From Nymphaea colorata (taxonomy: Eukaryota), in assembly GCF_008831285.2 (NCBI RefSeq), contig NC_045138.2, positions 14,384,001 to 14,448,000 of the forward strand: a DNA stretch of 64,000 bases. The letters are read 5' to 3'. How positions within the stretch are numbered: the first letter of the stretch is position 1; every line of letters begins with the position of its first letter. Shown here in pieces: positions 51,295 to 64,000 of the stretch. The position numbers and the translations under genes are program-made. Below the pieces are notes generated by a model. It searched no databases. It was not told the DNA's origin and saw only the letters and a program-made list of their open reading frames with translations.

Positions 51295-53886
51295 TTACCA
51301 GTAATCTCCACAGGAGCAGGAGCCATCACTGAAATGGTGAAAGCGGTTCCAGTCCCTCAATGTAATTTTTCTGCCAGTTATCCTTGATATCATCTTGATA
51401 ACAGTGTGGCAGTCACCACATACCCGAAGATTTTTAACGATTTGTAGAGGAGTTTCTAGGGGGGTGCTTATAAGTCCGAACGCTATCGCAAGTCTTTCAC
51501 TGTGGTGAGCCAAAATTTGCTCCTTTTGTTCATCTTCTAGATCATGAAGTACGAAATTTGTATCAGGACAATATCCTTCACGCTTTAACTGAGAACCAAG
51601 TTCATCTAGCTTCTTATATATCTGATCTTTCATGGGATGAAATCTTTCAGAGGCTGTGAATGCATGGATCTGATGTTGCACCTCGATCCAGCTATAACCT
51701 ACCTCTTTCTTAACTGCTCTCTCTTCCATTAGACATCTGACCTTGGCTCTTTCTTCCCATCTTCCTGCTGCAGCATACATGTTCGATAACAGGACATATG
51801 CGGCCGAGTCATGAGGCTCAAGTGACATGAGTTTATCGGCTGCTAGTTCTCCTAGTTTCAGATTACGATGTATTCTGCAGCCGCCTAAGAGTGTCCGCCA
51901 AACAGTAGGACCTGCTGGGAAAGGCATTTCATTTATAAGATTCATGGCACTTTCAAGTTGACCTGCTCGACTGTACAGGTCGACCATGCAAGCATAATGT
52001 TCCATTGTTGGATGGACATGGTAGATGCTAGTCATGGACTTGAAATAACGACAGCCTTCGTCTACAAGACCTGCATGATTACATGCAGTGAGGACGCCAA
52101 CAAAGGTGATTCCATCCAACTGCAAGCCTTCATTCTCTAATTCAGAGAAGACCTCAAGGGCTTTCTTACCGCGGCCATGTTGAGCATAACATGAAATCAT
52201 TGAATTCCACGAAACTATGTCCCTTTCAGTTTGCCTCACGAACAACTTGTAGGCATGGTCAATGTCCCCACGTCTTGCATACATGGTAACTAAGGCACTG
52301 CTCACGCAAATGGCATTATCAAGGCAGGATTTGATCACAAGTCCATGAAGCTGTTTCCCCTGTTCCACTGCTGCAGTTGGGCTGCTACATGCATTAAGCA
52401 CGCCGGAAAACGTGAACTCATTTGGTTCTACTCCTTGTTGGGTCATTCTGCGGAAAAGCCTTGCAGCACCTTCTGAATCCCCTATTTGTGCATAACCCGT
52501 AATCATTGCTGACCAAGAAACTGTATCCTTTTCATCCATTAAACTGAAAATTTTTGCTGCCTCCTCCATGCAACTTAGCTTAACATACGCAGTCAATAAC
52601 GCAGTCCCCACTTTTGGCGAGCTCTCATAACCGGCTTTGATGGCTTGCGCATGAAACTGAGAAGGTGTCAAAAGAGGGGCAGCAGTAAGAATCGTGGAGA
52701 ATGTGAACTCATTTGGCTTGATATCTTCTCTCCACATCTTTCTGAAGCCATGTAGTGCTTGCTCAGTCATGCCATTTTCCAAATAGCCACCAACCATTGC
52801 AGTCCATGAAACCACAGTTTGTACTTCAGGCACCAGGGAGAACAATCCATGGGCAACCTCCATTTGCTTGCACTTTGCATAAGCAATCACGAGTCCAGTT
52901 AAAGTGCTGGTATCTGAAGCAAATCCAGTTTTAAGTGCACATGAATGCAGCTGTCTTGTGAAACCTAATTCTCTGTTGTCAGCGCAAGCTTTTATGAGCG
53001 TTGTGAATGTTGCCTGAGTGAGCTGTACACCGTCCATTCTCATCTGATGGAAAATCTCCAGAGCTTCCGCATGAAACCCATTCTGTACGAGTCCAGTGAG
53101 CATAGCATTCCAAGAAATAGAACTCCTGTTCGACAGTCCATCAAAAACCATTTGTGCTGCAGAAATTAGACCACATTTTGAGTACATGTTCAGCAAAGAG
53201 TTGCCCACAAACAGAGTCGTACTGAACCCAAGTTTCAGTACCAGGGAATGTATGTTACTCCCAGCTTGCACTGCACCAAGGTCTGCGCAAGCCGCTAAGA
53301 CAGTTGCAAAGGTGAAATGATTGGGCTTCAAGTCCTCCTCATGCATTCGAATGAAGAATTCCAACGCTATTTCTGGACAGCCATTCTGAACGTATCCAGC
53401 AAGCAACGTCGTCCATGTCACCACGTTCGTTTCGGGCATATCATGAAATGCCTGTTGCGCATCATTTACACTCCCACATTTCATATACATGTCCACAAGT
53501 GCAGTGCCCACGCTCACACCAGAATCATGCCCGGACTTCACGCAGTAACTGTGCACTTGGCCACCGGCAATGGGGTCCGACAGACTCGAGCATGCCTTCA
53601 ATACAGAAGAGAGACACAACGAATCAGGAGAAACATCCGACCTACGCATGTGGAAGAAGAGACTCAGCACTTCTTGAAACAGATTTCGCCGAGAGTATTC
53701 GAAGAGAATGTGGTTCCAAGGAGGGTGAGCTTCCGGAGTCATATTGTCGAACATTTTGTTTGCCGGGAACGTAATTGTGGAACAATGAACCATCGCTGAG
53801 CCCCGCGGTTGCAGATGGTGAAGGGAAAGATGCAGTTGGAGTTTTCTCATCGTGGTCGGTCGATGGAGAATGTAGCGAACCACCAT
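51295..53886 (-). CDS. PLS-class PPR protein with E/E+/DYW domain (At2g27610-like organellar RNA-editing factor), 863 aa
   Basis: Intronless PLS repeats, PG-box-like KKEVGYSWIEV, HSERLA (HxE), RVCGDCH (CxxC) and terminal CSCGDYW. Confidence 0.96.
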   Translation of the reverse strand: MVVRYILHRPTTMRKLQLHLSLHHLQPRGSAMVHCSTITFPANKMFDNMTPEAHPPWNHILFEYSRRNLFQEVLSLFFHMRRSDVSPDSLCLSSVLKACSSLSDPIAGGQVHSYCVKSGHDSGVSVGTALVDMYMKCGSVNDAQQAFHDMPETNVVTWTTLLAGYVQNGCPEIALEFFIRMHEEDLKPNHFTFATVLAACADLGAVQAGSNIHSLVLKLGFSTTLFVGNSLLNMYSKCGLISAAQMVFDGLSNRSSISWNAMLTGLVQNGFHAEALEIFHQMRMDGVQLTQATFTTLIKACADNRELGFTRQLHSCALKTGFASDTSTLTGLVIAYAKCKQMEVAHGLFSLVPEVQTVVSWTAMVGGYLENGMTEQALHGFRKMWREDIKPNEFTFSTILTAAPLLTPSQFHAQAIKAGYESSPKVGTALLTAYVKLSCMEEAAKIFSLMDEKDTVSWSAMITGYAQIGDSEGAARLFRRMTQQGVEPNEFTFSGVLNACSSPTAAVEQGKQLHGLVIKSCLDNAICVSSALVTMYARRGDIDHAYKLFVRQTERDIVSWNSMISCYAQHGRGKKALEVFSELENEGLQLDGITFVGVLTACNHAGLVDEGCRYFKSMTSIYHVHPTMEHYACMVDLYSRAGQLESAMNLINEMPFPAGPTVWRTLLGGCRIHRNLKLGELAADKLMSLEPHDSAAYVLLSNMYAAAGRWEERAKVRCLMEERAVKKEVGYSWIEVQHQIHAFTASERFHPMKDQIYKKLDELGSQLKREGYCPDTNFVLHDLEDEQKEQILAHHSERLAIAFGLISTPLETPLQIVKNLRVCGDCHTVIKMISRITGRKITLRDWNRFHHFSDGSCSCGDYW

Positions 53887-54158
53887 GGATCAGTTCTATG
53901 TTGCAGAAAATGGAATCGTCATCAGATATGAGGAAGCAAAGCGTCCTTTTGGACTACTTGGCATGGGATCATGCTAGTTCTTCCTTGTGCGCTGGTCATG
54001 GCGATCGCAGTTCCGGTGTAAAGCCACGAAATTCAGCCTAGAAGCACAATGTATCAGAAAGGAACAATTTGTCTTCGAATGTGTCGCTAAAAATCAGTTT
54101 GCATGGGCCTGTATCTGCTGATATAAATACAATTCAAACTTTTGAAAAGAGAAAAAAC

Positions 54159-54238
54159 GATGCGGTTGGTGGATCGACTCAGGTCAACATTATTTAAGGA
54201 TGCAGTTGGTGGGTGGACTCAGGTTACCATTATTTAAG
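54159..54238. repeat. imperfect 40-bp tandem duplication upstream of the DYW-PPR gene
   Basis: gatgcggttggtggatcgactcaggtcaacattatttaag followed by gatgcagttggtgggtggactcaggttaccattatttaag. Confidence 0.9.
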
Positions 54239-55363
54239 TATTCTCTGTTTCTCTTATCATTGAAATTATTGAAGTTTTTTCAATTGATTAACCTTTACGA
54301 ACCATTATGCAACTTATCCTTAATTTCTTAACACTTTTTTGCTTTTCCGATTTTCTCAAGAATTACGTTTTGTATCGATAAAGTGGTATTACGCGTCTGG
54401 CTAACTCTTTCTGGAAGAAAATTCGATTCCATAACCGCGCATAACATGTCGCTTGAATTTCAAGTTTTTATTCAGCGAAGGACATGACTCGCCCTTATTG
54501 AATCTCATCAGCACTGATCCATATGGTTGCCAATGGCTTGGACTTTGTTCAGAATCAAGCATAAAAGAACATCCATTCCTGATCATATGTAAACACATCA
54601 ACCACTACACTTTTCTCCATTTGTTATGAAACCTATTAGTACCCAATCACCCAGTCGCGCAATTGGCGGCCAAATTTTCGCGGACAAATTAAAAAAAAAA
54701 TGTTTTTTCTTACATTGATTAATAAACTATCTGTAAAACAAAAGCAAAAAAGGAAACTATTTTTCCCAAACGAAAAAAGAATGCAAGTCTCACAGTTCTC
54801 CTCGACGATAAGCAATAGAATGGTAGATATCACAATAATTTTGAAGAAAAAAAATCACATCCAAATCATCTGGGCTTTGTCCAAAATATCGTCGATTTTT
54901 AATCCACATGTGAAACTTCGTCATGGGCACAAATTACTTGATGTGGATGACATGATTGCCAAATCAACTCAACCAATCATCTCCGTCTCCCAAACGGGTA
55001 CAAAAAACGGGCAGAAAGCTTGCCCTTGACAAACCAAGGATGAAGCGGCGTACTTAACCGTGAACCCATAGACGCTAGGGCTGGGCATAGATGGAGAAAA
55101 TCAAGACAACACCAAAATGTGCAAAAACTTGCTTATACAATTTAATTGAGATTAAACGGATACAAATCAAGGTAGATGAAATACAGAAATGCCCTAAGCA
55201 CGACCCTATGTGACATCAAGAATAAGACTGGTGTTAGCCCTGTACAATTACCAAAAACTGAGATCTAGGTGAGAGACTAGCAAGCATTGCTGGGAAAGGA
55301 TGGCTATCATACACATTGCCCAAATTTAAATAGAGGGCCTTTTGAGTTCCTTTAAGGCCATGA

Positions 55364-58300
55364 TCAGGTGTCATGCTTAGAAAGCACCAAATCTCCCTGC
55401 TCAGTGTTTGTCTCATTCGCATTGTTTTCGTACTCGGACAGCAGATCCATGAACTCATTGAGAAGTCGCTGCACTTTCCTGCTTGATGCCATTGCTGGAA
55501 GGATGTCTTCTCTAAGGAGTTTGTGCTTTTTCATTCCCTTCATTCACAACAGCAAAAGCATCAAAACAAGCGATAGGCTGTAGTGTTATAAAACTTGCAT
55601 CCTGTCGCATGCATGTGCATGTCTGCACCTGTTCATGTGTGCCTATATGTGTCTGTGTGTGCCTTACCATGTGTGCACATGCATGAACATGTTTGACAGG
55701 AGACACATAAACAGGAATATTGGTGAATGATGTCTTACAAGCACAAAAGGATCCCATGCAGGGTTTTGCAGTGTAGAAGCAGCAGAAACAACCATGCCAG
55801 TGGGAGGACCAAGAAATGTCTCACATACTTCTCTCAAGCGTGACTCATCTGCTTCCCTGTTTGAAAACAAAAAGTAACATAAACAAAAGAACAGCAGAAC
55901 GTTCCCCAAACTTTTCCTCTTTCTGTTAGAAAAGCAATTCTCTTGTAACAAAATCAAGATGAAATGAAGCTAAGCAAGTAAAAGTTCTATAAAACATAGG
56001 CACCTTTAGGCCTTTCACACACATCCACCTGTAAGATATCAAAAGATGAAGGTTAAAAAAGGAGGCAGGAAGGACACACAATGCAAACCAGTTTCTCCAC
56101 TTAGAGAACTAATAGAAAACATCTGATGGGGGGAATACATCCACAACTAAAGCAGAGCATTGCACAAGAGAGGTCCAAGATACAGAAAACACGTATTGAC
56201 TATTGAATGATCTGCACTGGTAAAAGAGCCTGCCATCCTTTGCAGATACCAGCAAATCACTGCCAATGCAACAGAGATATAACAGTGATTGCACCTTCTC
56301 CTTGTAAGGTCACAACCCACGCCAGACTTCCAGAGTTTGCAGTATGCAGAACTGTCATTAAAAAAATATAAAGCTAACCAAGCCACACCATATTCTTTCA
56401 TTACCATCTTGTGAGCAACAAATAATTATGCTCTGATCTTAGAAAATATAATCATGTCCCTTGAGAAAAACAAGCATCCAACCACTTGTCCTCCAGCAAT
56501 CTATTTTTCTTTTTTAAAAAATAAGAAGCATGAACATGCGAAGGGGACCAGGACACAAGTAGCTTTGTCAAGATGAAATTCATTCTAATCCTGCAGTAAG
56601 ATATCAGCAAAGATAGCTAGAAGCATCGATAATATCCTGTGGTAGTTATAAAGAAATTTGAGAGTACTAATTTGGTAAGAGTGACTAGGAAAGGATAACA
56701 AGAACAACAACCAGATGATCTAATGCAGGAAAAAAGATTTACCTTTACATGAAAAGAAACATTCAAAAATATAAAAATGGATAACAAAGTAATAACCTGG
56801 CAAGAAATCGGATATAGGAGAGGAGGCATTGGCGATATTCATTAGGTGATTTCAAAGCTAAGGAAGATGCAAGCTGTGCTTCCAGATGTGCCCTGGTCTG
56901 CACACCATCATCAGTCAAAGTCCTGTAACAATCATTTCATATCATATAGATATCAGAATTTGCATCTGATTTTGTTAAGTAGGGAGTATAGACTATCTAC
57001 ATTGTACACAAAGTGCTACCAAGATCACCATAGAGACAAAGCCATTAATCAACGACATTAACTAATTAGCAGGCTACAGGAATATAGAAGGAACATAAAA
57101 AACAATACTTGAACTTTGAAGAGCTAAATTGCTGAAGTTGCAAGATATACTCCAGAGAGATATTTGCCTAAACAAAGAAATGTGAACCATCCAAATTTAT
57201 GTAAGAGGAGAATGTAAAATCATCCCAAGGTAAATGATGAGATTATAAATACTAATACACCTGAGAAGTGCTTACAGTTCTCCAACAAGCAGGATTGAAG
57301 ATGAACAGTTTAAATGTAAACAATGTTGAGAAAGTTGCTTAAAGTGAATTCAGACATGCATACCTGCTCCAACCAGGCTTTCTTGCCAAGAATTTTCCAA
57401 CATCAACCTGCAAAGCAGCAAGTTCACCAACTTGCCCTAGGTTCCAGGAACTTGAAAAGTTTGATCCAGGAAAGCAATCATCAGCGATCCTCAACCAACA
57501 ACAAAGGCTCAAATCAAATAGAAAAGCTCGACGGGTGGCTAAGACAACAAGAGGCGATCCTGATCTTGAGAATCTTGCAGAAATGACTTTGATAGAACCT
57601 GAATAAAAAATGACATAAGTAATGAAGCCCACAAGTTTGAAATAATACTGGTATACCAAATCATCATATTTACATAATTATGATAAGAAAGACCTCAGAA
57701 GAATACTTCAAACAAATAAGAATATGAATGCCCCACATTAACTTGTTCAAACTAGCAAAAATGCACAAAACCTAATACCTGTATCCTTTGAAGAGGAATC
57801 ATGCCTGCATGTGAAGAGGGAGAGTAGGGAATCATGCACAAGGCAGGTACTATTGAAAAGATTCCAAACATAAAGTAATCCCCTTTTTGTGACCAGCAAC
57901 AACTTCCAGCCCTCATCACAATCAATAAAAATTGCTGCAGACCCCATCATTATAGTTGGCATTGCCCTTCTCCCACATTTGGTGTAAACCTTCAGAGTTA
58001 ATGCAGAAATAAAACAACTTAATAAGAATAAACCGACAAAATAATATGTACAACAAGGACCTAAATTCTAGCATTTGCAATTCTTACGGGCTTATCTAAA
58101 TTATTATGATGTAAAAGCAACACAGTGCAATAAGGCAGAAGTAACAAATCCCGCTTACACATGAAGGTTCTGCAACAAGATCAGCGTAAATTTGGAAAGT
58201 CTATAACCCTATTACTTCCACTGATTTAATAAATCTAGCCTAGCATAGCAAGCTTGATATTTCTCAACTACATTGAAGTTTCTTCTTTTAGACAATAACT

Positions 58301-61300
58301 ATCCATGATTAAAATCCAAAATTCAGATGACTAAAGGATCAGATTTTGGAAAAATAAGTTTCATCATGGATTACAAACCTGCAAGCAGCCATCTTCTGTG
58401 CCAACTGCCCAGAAATTAATATTTCCAGCTAAGACAGTCACTTTTCCTAACAACCTATCAGACCAGAGCACAGAACCTCCTTTGGAACATGTAATTTCAG
58501 TCTCTCTTGGCATGGGTGCACTCCCAACTCCATACATTTCATTTAAAACCCGCTCTATAGGCTTGGCCTCCAAGCAGAACGCAGTGCTTTCACCTTCCTT
58601 CTTATCAAAGACACAGATAGAAAGGATGTCTGTAGACACCTGTCCACCTGACATGCTCATAAGACCAGCACGCTCTAAATTTGTTTTTCCATCATTGGTA
58701 GCAGAGGCAGGAACTTTTTCAAGAACTAAGCTTTCAGTAATGCTGGCTCTTGCAGTTACCCCACTTCGCTCTTTGCCACCATAATGGCAGCATCCTCCAG
58801 CAAGATCACTTGTTCCAGAGCCGCCACCAGACGGTCTCTTAACAGGAGCTTCCTTAGCTCCAGCATCTGCATAGATAGCCCCATTATCATCCTTCTTTGG
58901 ATCTGAGACTGAGAGGGCCACAACTAGTGAAGCCCCTTGGGCAACCCCTGAGATATTCTCCTGTTGTGCTGGCACACCGACTGCTTCAGGAATAATCCTT
59001 TTTCTACCATCGGGTCGCCTATATTCTCTCTGTTTTACTGGACTAGAAATCCTTGTAGCAGCTTTGTTAAGCCCACCACCACTGACACAGCCAACGGTAG
59101 CACCACCAGAGATTTCAATTTTCTTTTCATCTTCAGTGGGTGTATCAGGAACCTCTGACTGTGTTTGAACAATAATTGTGTTATCAATGTCCACGGAAGC
59201 TTTGCCAGGCACTTGATTTTGATGAGAAAGTGTAGTTCCCTTTTTGCTAGCAGATTGTTCAGCAGATGCTGCCTCTAGCAACAACTGCGCAGGGCTTTCT
59301 GCTAAGTTTGTCTGTCTCCCCCTGACATCACCATATCTACTCCTTTTCAACTTATCCAATTCAGCATCTGTCAATCGATGACCAAGTTCCTTAACCTCAA
59401 AATGGAATGTGGCTATAGTCCCATCCAAAGAACATGCAAAAAGTGCATAACCATCTGGACTCCTATTTCAAAGAAAAGCCTGAGTCAGGGAATAAAGAAG
59501 AAAATGGACTGAAAAGTATTCCACCAGATGAAAACAAGCAAATGGATCGTCATTTCCAATCAACCAAAAGGAGAGCACTTAACAAATGATTCAGCATAAA
59601 GGATAAGATGTTAACTTAATATGTTTCTGTAAAATGTGTAGCAAGTCCTGTACGCTCTAACGATGAAAAGGCACAAATCTCAAGAGAATGATCTCACAAA
59701 CTTTGGACAAAATGCAAGTTTCCGGATCATATCACCAATGACCACAAGATCACTGACAATAAAACTTTAAAGAGTATGTGAATCACACACAATGCTCATT
59801 GAAAGTGCATAAAATTAACAGGATTTTATTTTCTCACATGAATAAAGTGTACATCTCTATAACTGGAGCAAAGCCAGCAAGATAAAATATTCTAACAAGT
59901 TAGGCGTTGAATGATGGAATGGCTAGTAGATTTAGCCCTTCAAATATCCTTCGGCTAGTAACCTACCATTGGAACACAGACAAAATGAAATGCTCAAAGA
60001 AATAATATAACAAAGAACAAAGTGGGACTGTATCTACTGCTTATATAGCAAATAAATCTGTTGTTTACATATTAAATACATCTAAATATGAAACACACAT
60101 TTAATCTAACAATAGACAGTAGCTGATTTGGCAGCATGGTATGTTGCTCTGGTAAAGAGGCACTTCTTTTAAACAAATCATTGTTGTGGGTCATCCTAGC
60201 AAGACTTCATCTTGCATATTGCATTTCATAGTCACATTTTTCAAGAAGATATCTGCTTTCCGTGAGAGCAGGCCAAAGACCATGTTCTCCAACCAATTTC
60301 AGAAAAAATCTTAGAAAAATTAGAATGCATTACACTTTGTTGTATTTATTGTAGATTTATGAAATTTCCTTACCAGGATAAGTCAACAACACTTTGAGTA
60401 AAATAATGTTTGGCAACAAAAAGTGGTCGAGGACTTGCTGTAGTCCAAACAGTAATGGTGCAATCCTGACTCCCAATAGCAATCACGTTATAAGGTACTG
60501 ATTCTTTAGATGTGGTCTTTGATGTTTGTTCTCTTTCTGTAGATTTGGAGGCACCGTTGGACCAACCAATTGAATCAACTCTTGGATCTGAACCATTAGC
60601 ATAAGTCTTCCGGAACATAGAATGGTTAAACTTCACAGCAACAACAGGAGCATTGTGCCCCAGAAAATCAAAGGTTGCAGACCAGTCACCTCTCTCCAGT
60701 ACTGGTGCAGAGTGCCTGGGCTTCTGAAATCCGTGTGTAGTAGTGATAAAATGGCCACAAGGTGACCATCCAAGCCGTCTGAAGAATGTTGAACCAACCT
60801 GTTGATACAATCTACAAACAGTCACGGAGGAGGGAAAAAAATAACAGAGTAAAGCATAAACAAGAAAAAGAATAGAAGCATGTCAAAAAGAATAAACAAA
60901 TCAATCATGACATACAGATTTTCCCCAGTGTCCTTCTGTCCTATGCTCAATGCTCCAGTCACTTGTTCGCCAGATGATGACAGTCTTATCATCTGATTGA
61001 CTTGCAAGAAAGGAACCTATGGGATCCCATGCAATTCCCTTGACCAGGCTTGAATGTCCTCTTAAAACAGAAGTGCAGATGCCATTGCTCATATTCCATA
61101 TGTGAACTGTATTATCTAAACTACAACTAGCTAATATTGTATCATCTGGAGACCAGTTAAGATCCACCTACTTCAAGCACATAGAAGGAAATACGTTAGA
61201 AAGGGTACTGGGAATCAAAATCATAGCAAAATGACAATGTTTATGGAAAGAAATTCTCAACTAAAAGACAAAAGCAAATTACCACATCAGAGGTATGTCC

Positions 61301-63190
61301 ACGCAAGGTCATCACGACTTTCCAGTTTTCTACATCCGGAGGCTCCCCACTGCCAAACTCAGTAGTGCCAGTCCCAGGTTTTCTCTCATGAATAAGAATC
61401 AGCTGATCATCAGAACCAGATGCCACAAAACGCCCATGCTTAGCCCACCTTACGCAATTAACAGATCCAAAATGTTCACGAAGTGTAGCCAGCAAAGCAT
61501 GTGTGGACTGATCTGGTTCCACCTCTTTAGATGCAGATTTCATATTCCATATCCGAACCTTCATAAAAGATGGATTGTTATGGAAAGTAGTTAGTTTAGA
61601 GAAAAAGCTTACTGCAGAGACTCCAAAGCCTATTGAAAATGTCACATTCTAAATAGACTTAAAACGCTACAGAAAATTGGAAAGTATCATCACATAACTT
61701 TTTGTCAGAAACTTAAAGTAAAGTACTTCATTATATTTGGTTGGTATTCTCCCATAAATTAAAACCTCCAAATCACACTTCTTTCTAATTTACCAGAAAA
61801 AACATGCGTAAGAAAGAGGAACCGAAACAATTAACTTCATTCTACAATAAGAAACCCTCATCATGTTTCAGCACTTTCTACCTGTTCTTCAAAAGCTTAA
61901 TGTAATTTTAGGAGATAGCTGCTTCAATTCAGCAGCTCTGTTCAGTAAAACATGTCATGCATCAGCCATTATTTCATCTTTGTTTTAGATGAGAAAAAAC
62001 TACGTGATGACCTTCTAGCCATGGTATGGAACAAAATGGTTCAGTCATTGTGGTATGGAATAAAGTGGTCCAGATGATAAGGTACTGAAATTTCTAGCTT
62101 AACCACTTTTATCTGAACTTGAAAAATAAACTCATCCCACAAAAAATCAAGTTTTTTAATGCCAATAAGGAAAGCAAAAACCAAAAAAGTCACTTAGTTG
62201 CATTATTAAAAGAACACTGCACTTCACAGAATTTTAAAACATGTTACGTCAGACAAGGATTGAAATGTCTCTACAGGTTTCGAAACGCCCCAGTTACGTT
62301 GACATGTTCCACAACATCTCAACATAATCTTGTTGTAGTGTTTTACCTTACAAAGCCAAAAATGTAAGAACATTGAACTACATCCAAATGCATAGGTCCG
62401 ATAGCCTTCCAAACAGATAACCCATTAAAGAGTTGATATTCATGAAGATTTAGAAGTTGAAGAGACCATTTAGCCACAAGGGTAATACAGCTTCGGATCA
62501 GCTGTCTCCTCGGCTTCAAAACTGAGGAGATTACTCGAATTGATCCAACCCAAAGATTCATTCTTCTCTACAATGTTGTCTCGTTGCTTACCTCGCTGGC
62601 CTGAAGATGAGGCGCAACAAAGAACCCTTCTCAGAAGCAAAATTGCTAGGGGAGCAGCAATTCACACAATGGAAGTTACAAATGCATGTTTTTCATCAGC
62701 AACTTAAACAAATAGAAATTGGCGAATCATATCTTAGCTGGTGATAACATTCCTACTTGATATGCCAACCCAGTCAATACAGCCGTGTCGAGATGCACAA
62801 CAATTTGTTAGAGGCAAACTCGAAACAACCAGAACTAAAGTGAAAGGAGTTCGAGATAATCTAAGAACCAAGGGATAGAAGAAACTAGGAGGGAGGGGGA
62901 AAAAGAGAGAGAGATGATCATTCTCCTTTCCTGCAACAATACACTAAGCAGCTCACTAGAACAAAAGGAGGCATCATCATTTCCAGAAAAAGTAGAAAGG
63001 AAGGCTTTCAACGAAGGATTAGACAAGCAGCTGACATCCATATTTGCGAAAATGAAAAAAAAAAAAGAGGAGATAGATTCACCTTATGATCTCCTCCAGC
63101 GGTCGCGAAACGTTGACCACCAGGTTGAATATCTATGGAGAATATCTGCAAGCCGCCGTGCCTCACCCATCCTGGCTTCTCGGTAATCAT
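55364..63190 (-). CDS. HIRA: histone H3.3 chaperone HIRA; exons 63190-63083, 61558-61283, 61167-60916, 60798-60374, 59462-58379, 57989-57779, 57598-57364, 56922-56797, 55856-55739, 55537-55364
   Basis: [25 protein letters not shown] start, WD40 repeats, B-motif [16 protein letters not shown], and Hira domain ([16 protein letters not shown]...[26 protein letters not shown]). Phases are consistent at all nine GT-AG introns. Confidence 0.96.
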
Positions 63191-64000
63191 CTCTCTCTCT
63201 CTCTCTCTCTCTGTACTTCAGACTCCCACCTTTCTTTTACCTCCCCCACTCAACAGAGACCGTTTTTCCTTTTCTTGGTTGCCCTAAGATTTCCAAATTC
63301 AATGAAAAGCAACGTCTTGGCAGAAGCCCTCTTCTGTAATTGATCTGGAAGCCTAAGATTGCAATCTTCGACAGATCTACCTATGGAACAACTAAAAGAG
63401 TCAACAGTGCAAAAAAGGGGGTAAATGACCTAAAAAAGCAAAAAAGAAAATCGCTATGCTGGTGGAGCGGTGGTAATGAAAGCACTGGAAAGATGGGCGC
63501 TAAAAAGTTTTCAATACCATAGAGAAACGGCCCACTTGCCACAAGCACCTCTTAAAGGTTTAGCAAGGGGAAAACCCTAGATGGGTATTGAAGTACAAAA
63601 GAATTAAATCAATGCAGAAGAAATCTGAAACGCAAAGTTAGTTCTGTAAGGTTAGAAACACATACCAAGTTGGGAAAACAGAGGAAAAGTTAGTAACATA
63701 TACCAGTTGGGAAAACATAGGGAATCAGGAAAAGGGTGAGTCAGGATTGAAAAAGGCAAACTATTGTCACACTCTAGTGGACAAAGATACGAAAAGCAAT
63801 GATCTGAAAACAGGAAGCCCACACCACTCACTAAGCTTGTAGAAGAGAAATCAATAAAATAGAGACTAAGAAATTTCACCTCTTATCTATCCAGGACAAG
63901 CATGGCTATGATGCTTCCATCCTTGATGACCCACAACAAGGAACAGCACCCAACTCGTACATTTTGCTTTTTTAAGCTCTTGGACTTCTGTTTCCACCTT

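Noticed and set aside
54159..54238. Repeat pair considered as CRISPR-like
   Set aside because: Only two adjacent units with no spacer, in a eukaryotic context with no cas genes.
1..64000. Idea that the genes form a functional or metabolic cluster
   Set aside because: Functions are unrelated (trafficking, glycosylation, organellar RNA, Fe-S, stress, nucleoside salvage, chromatin). Ordinary synteny is the simpler explanation.

Overview
This is gene-dense nuclear DNA from a flowering plant: GT-AG introns, (TA)n/(CT)n microsatellites and MITEs, with no prokaryotic features, CRISPR arrays, tRNA or rRNA. The species cannot be fixed from the sequence. Ten protein-coding genes are supported, and I traced the spliced ones exon by exon with a frame check: an uncharacterised plant protein (-), a Yip1/YIPF5-like protein (-), a GT29 GALT29A-like glycosyltransferase (-), a P-class PPR (+), mitochondrial NFU4-like (+, 6 exons), an A20/AN1 stress-associated protein (-), an uncharacterised SAM-methyltransferase-like protein (-, 5 exons), uridine nucleosidase URH1/NSH1 (+, 9 exons), a PLS-DYW PPR (-) and HIRA (-, 10 exons). 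Two MITEs have intact termini and target-site duplications (Tourist-like 44131-44365, hAT-like 45156-45447), and there are several decayed elements. I see no clearly new multi-gene system. The best leads are regulatory or RNA-level: four co-oriented ABRE/G-box motifs about 2 kb upstream of the stress-associated gene, a perfect 14-bp hairpin just after the NFU4 stop, an apparently spliced, uORF-rich ~3 kb leader before the P-class PPR, and a possible spliced 3' extension of the Yip1 gene. Family assignments come from recalled motifs, not database searches.
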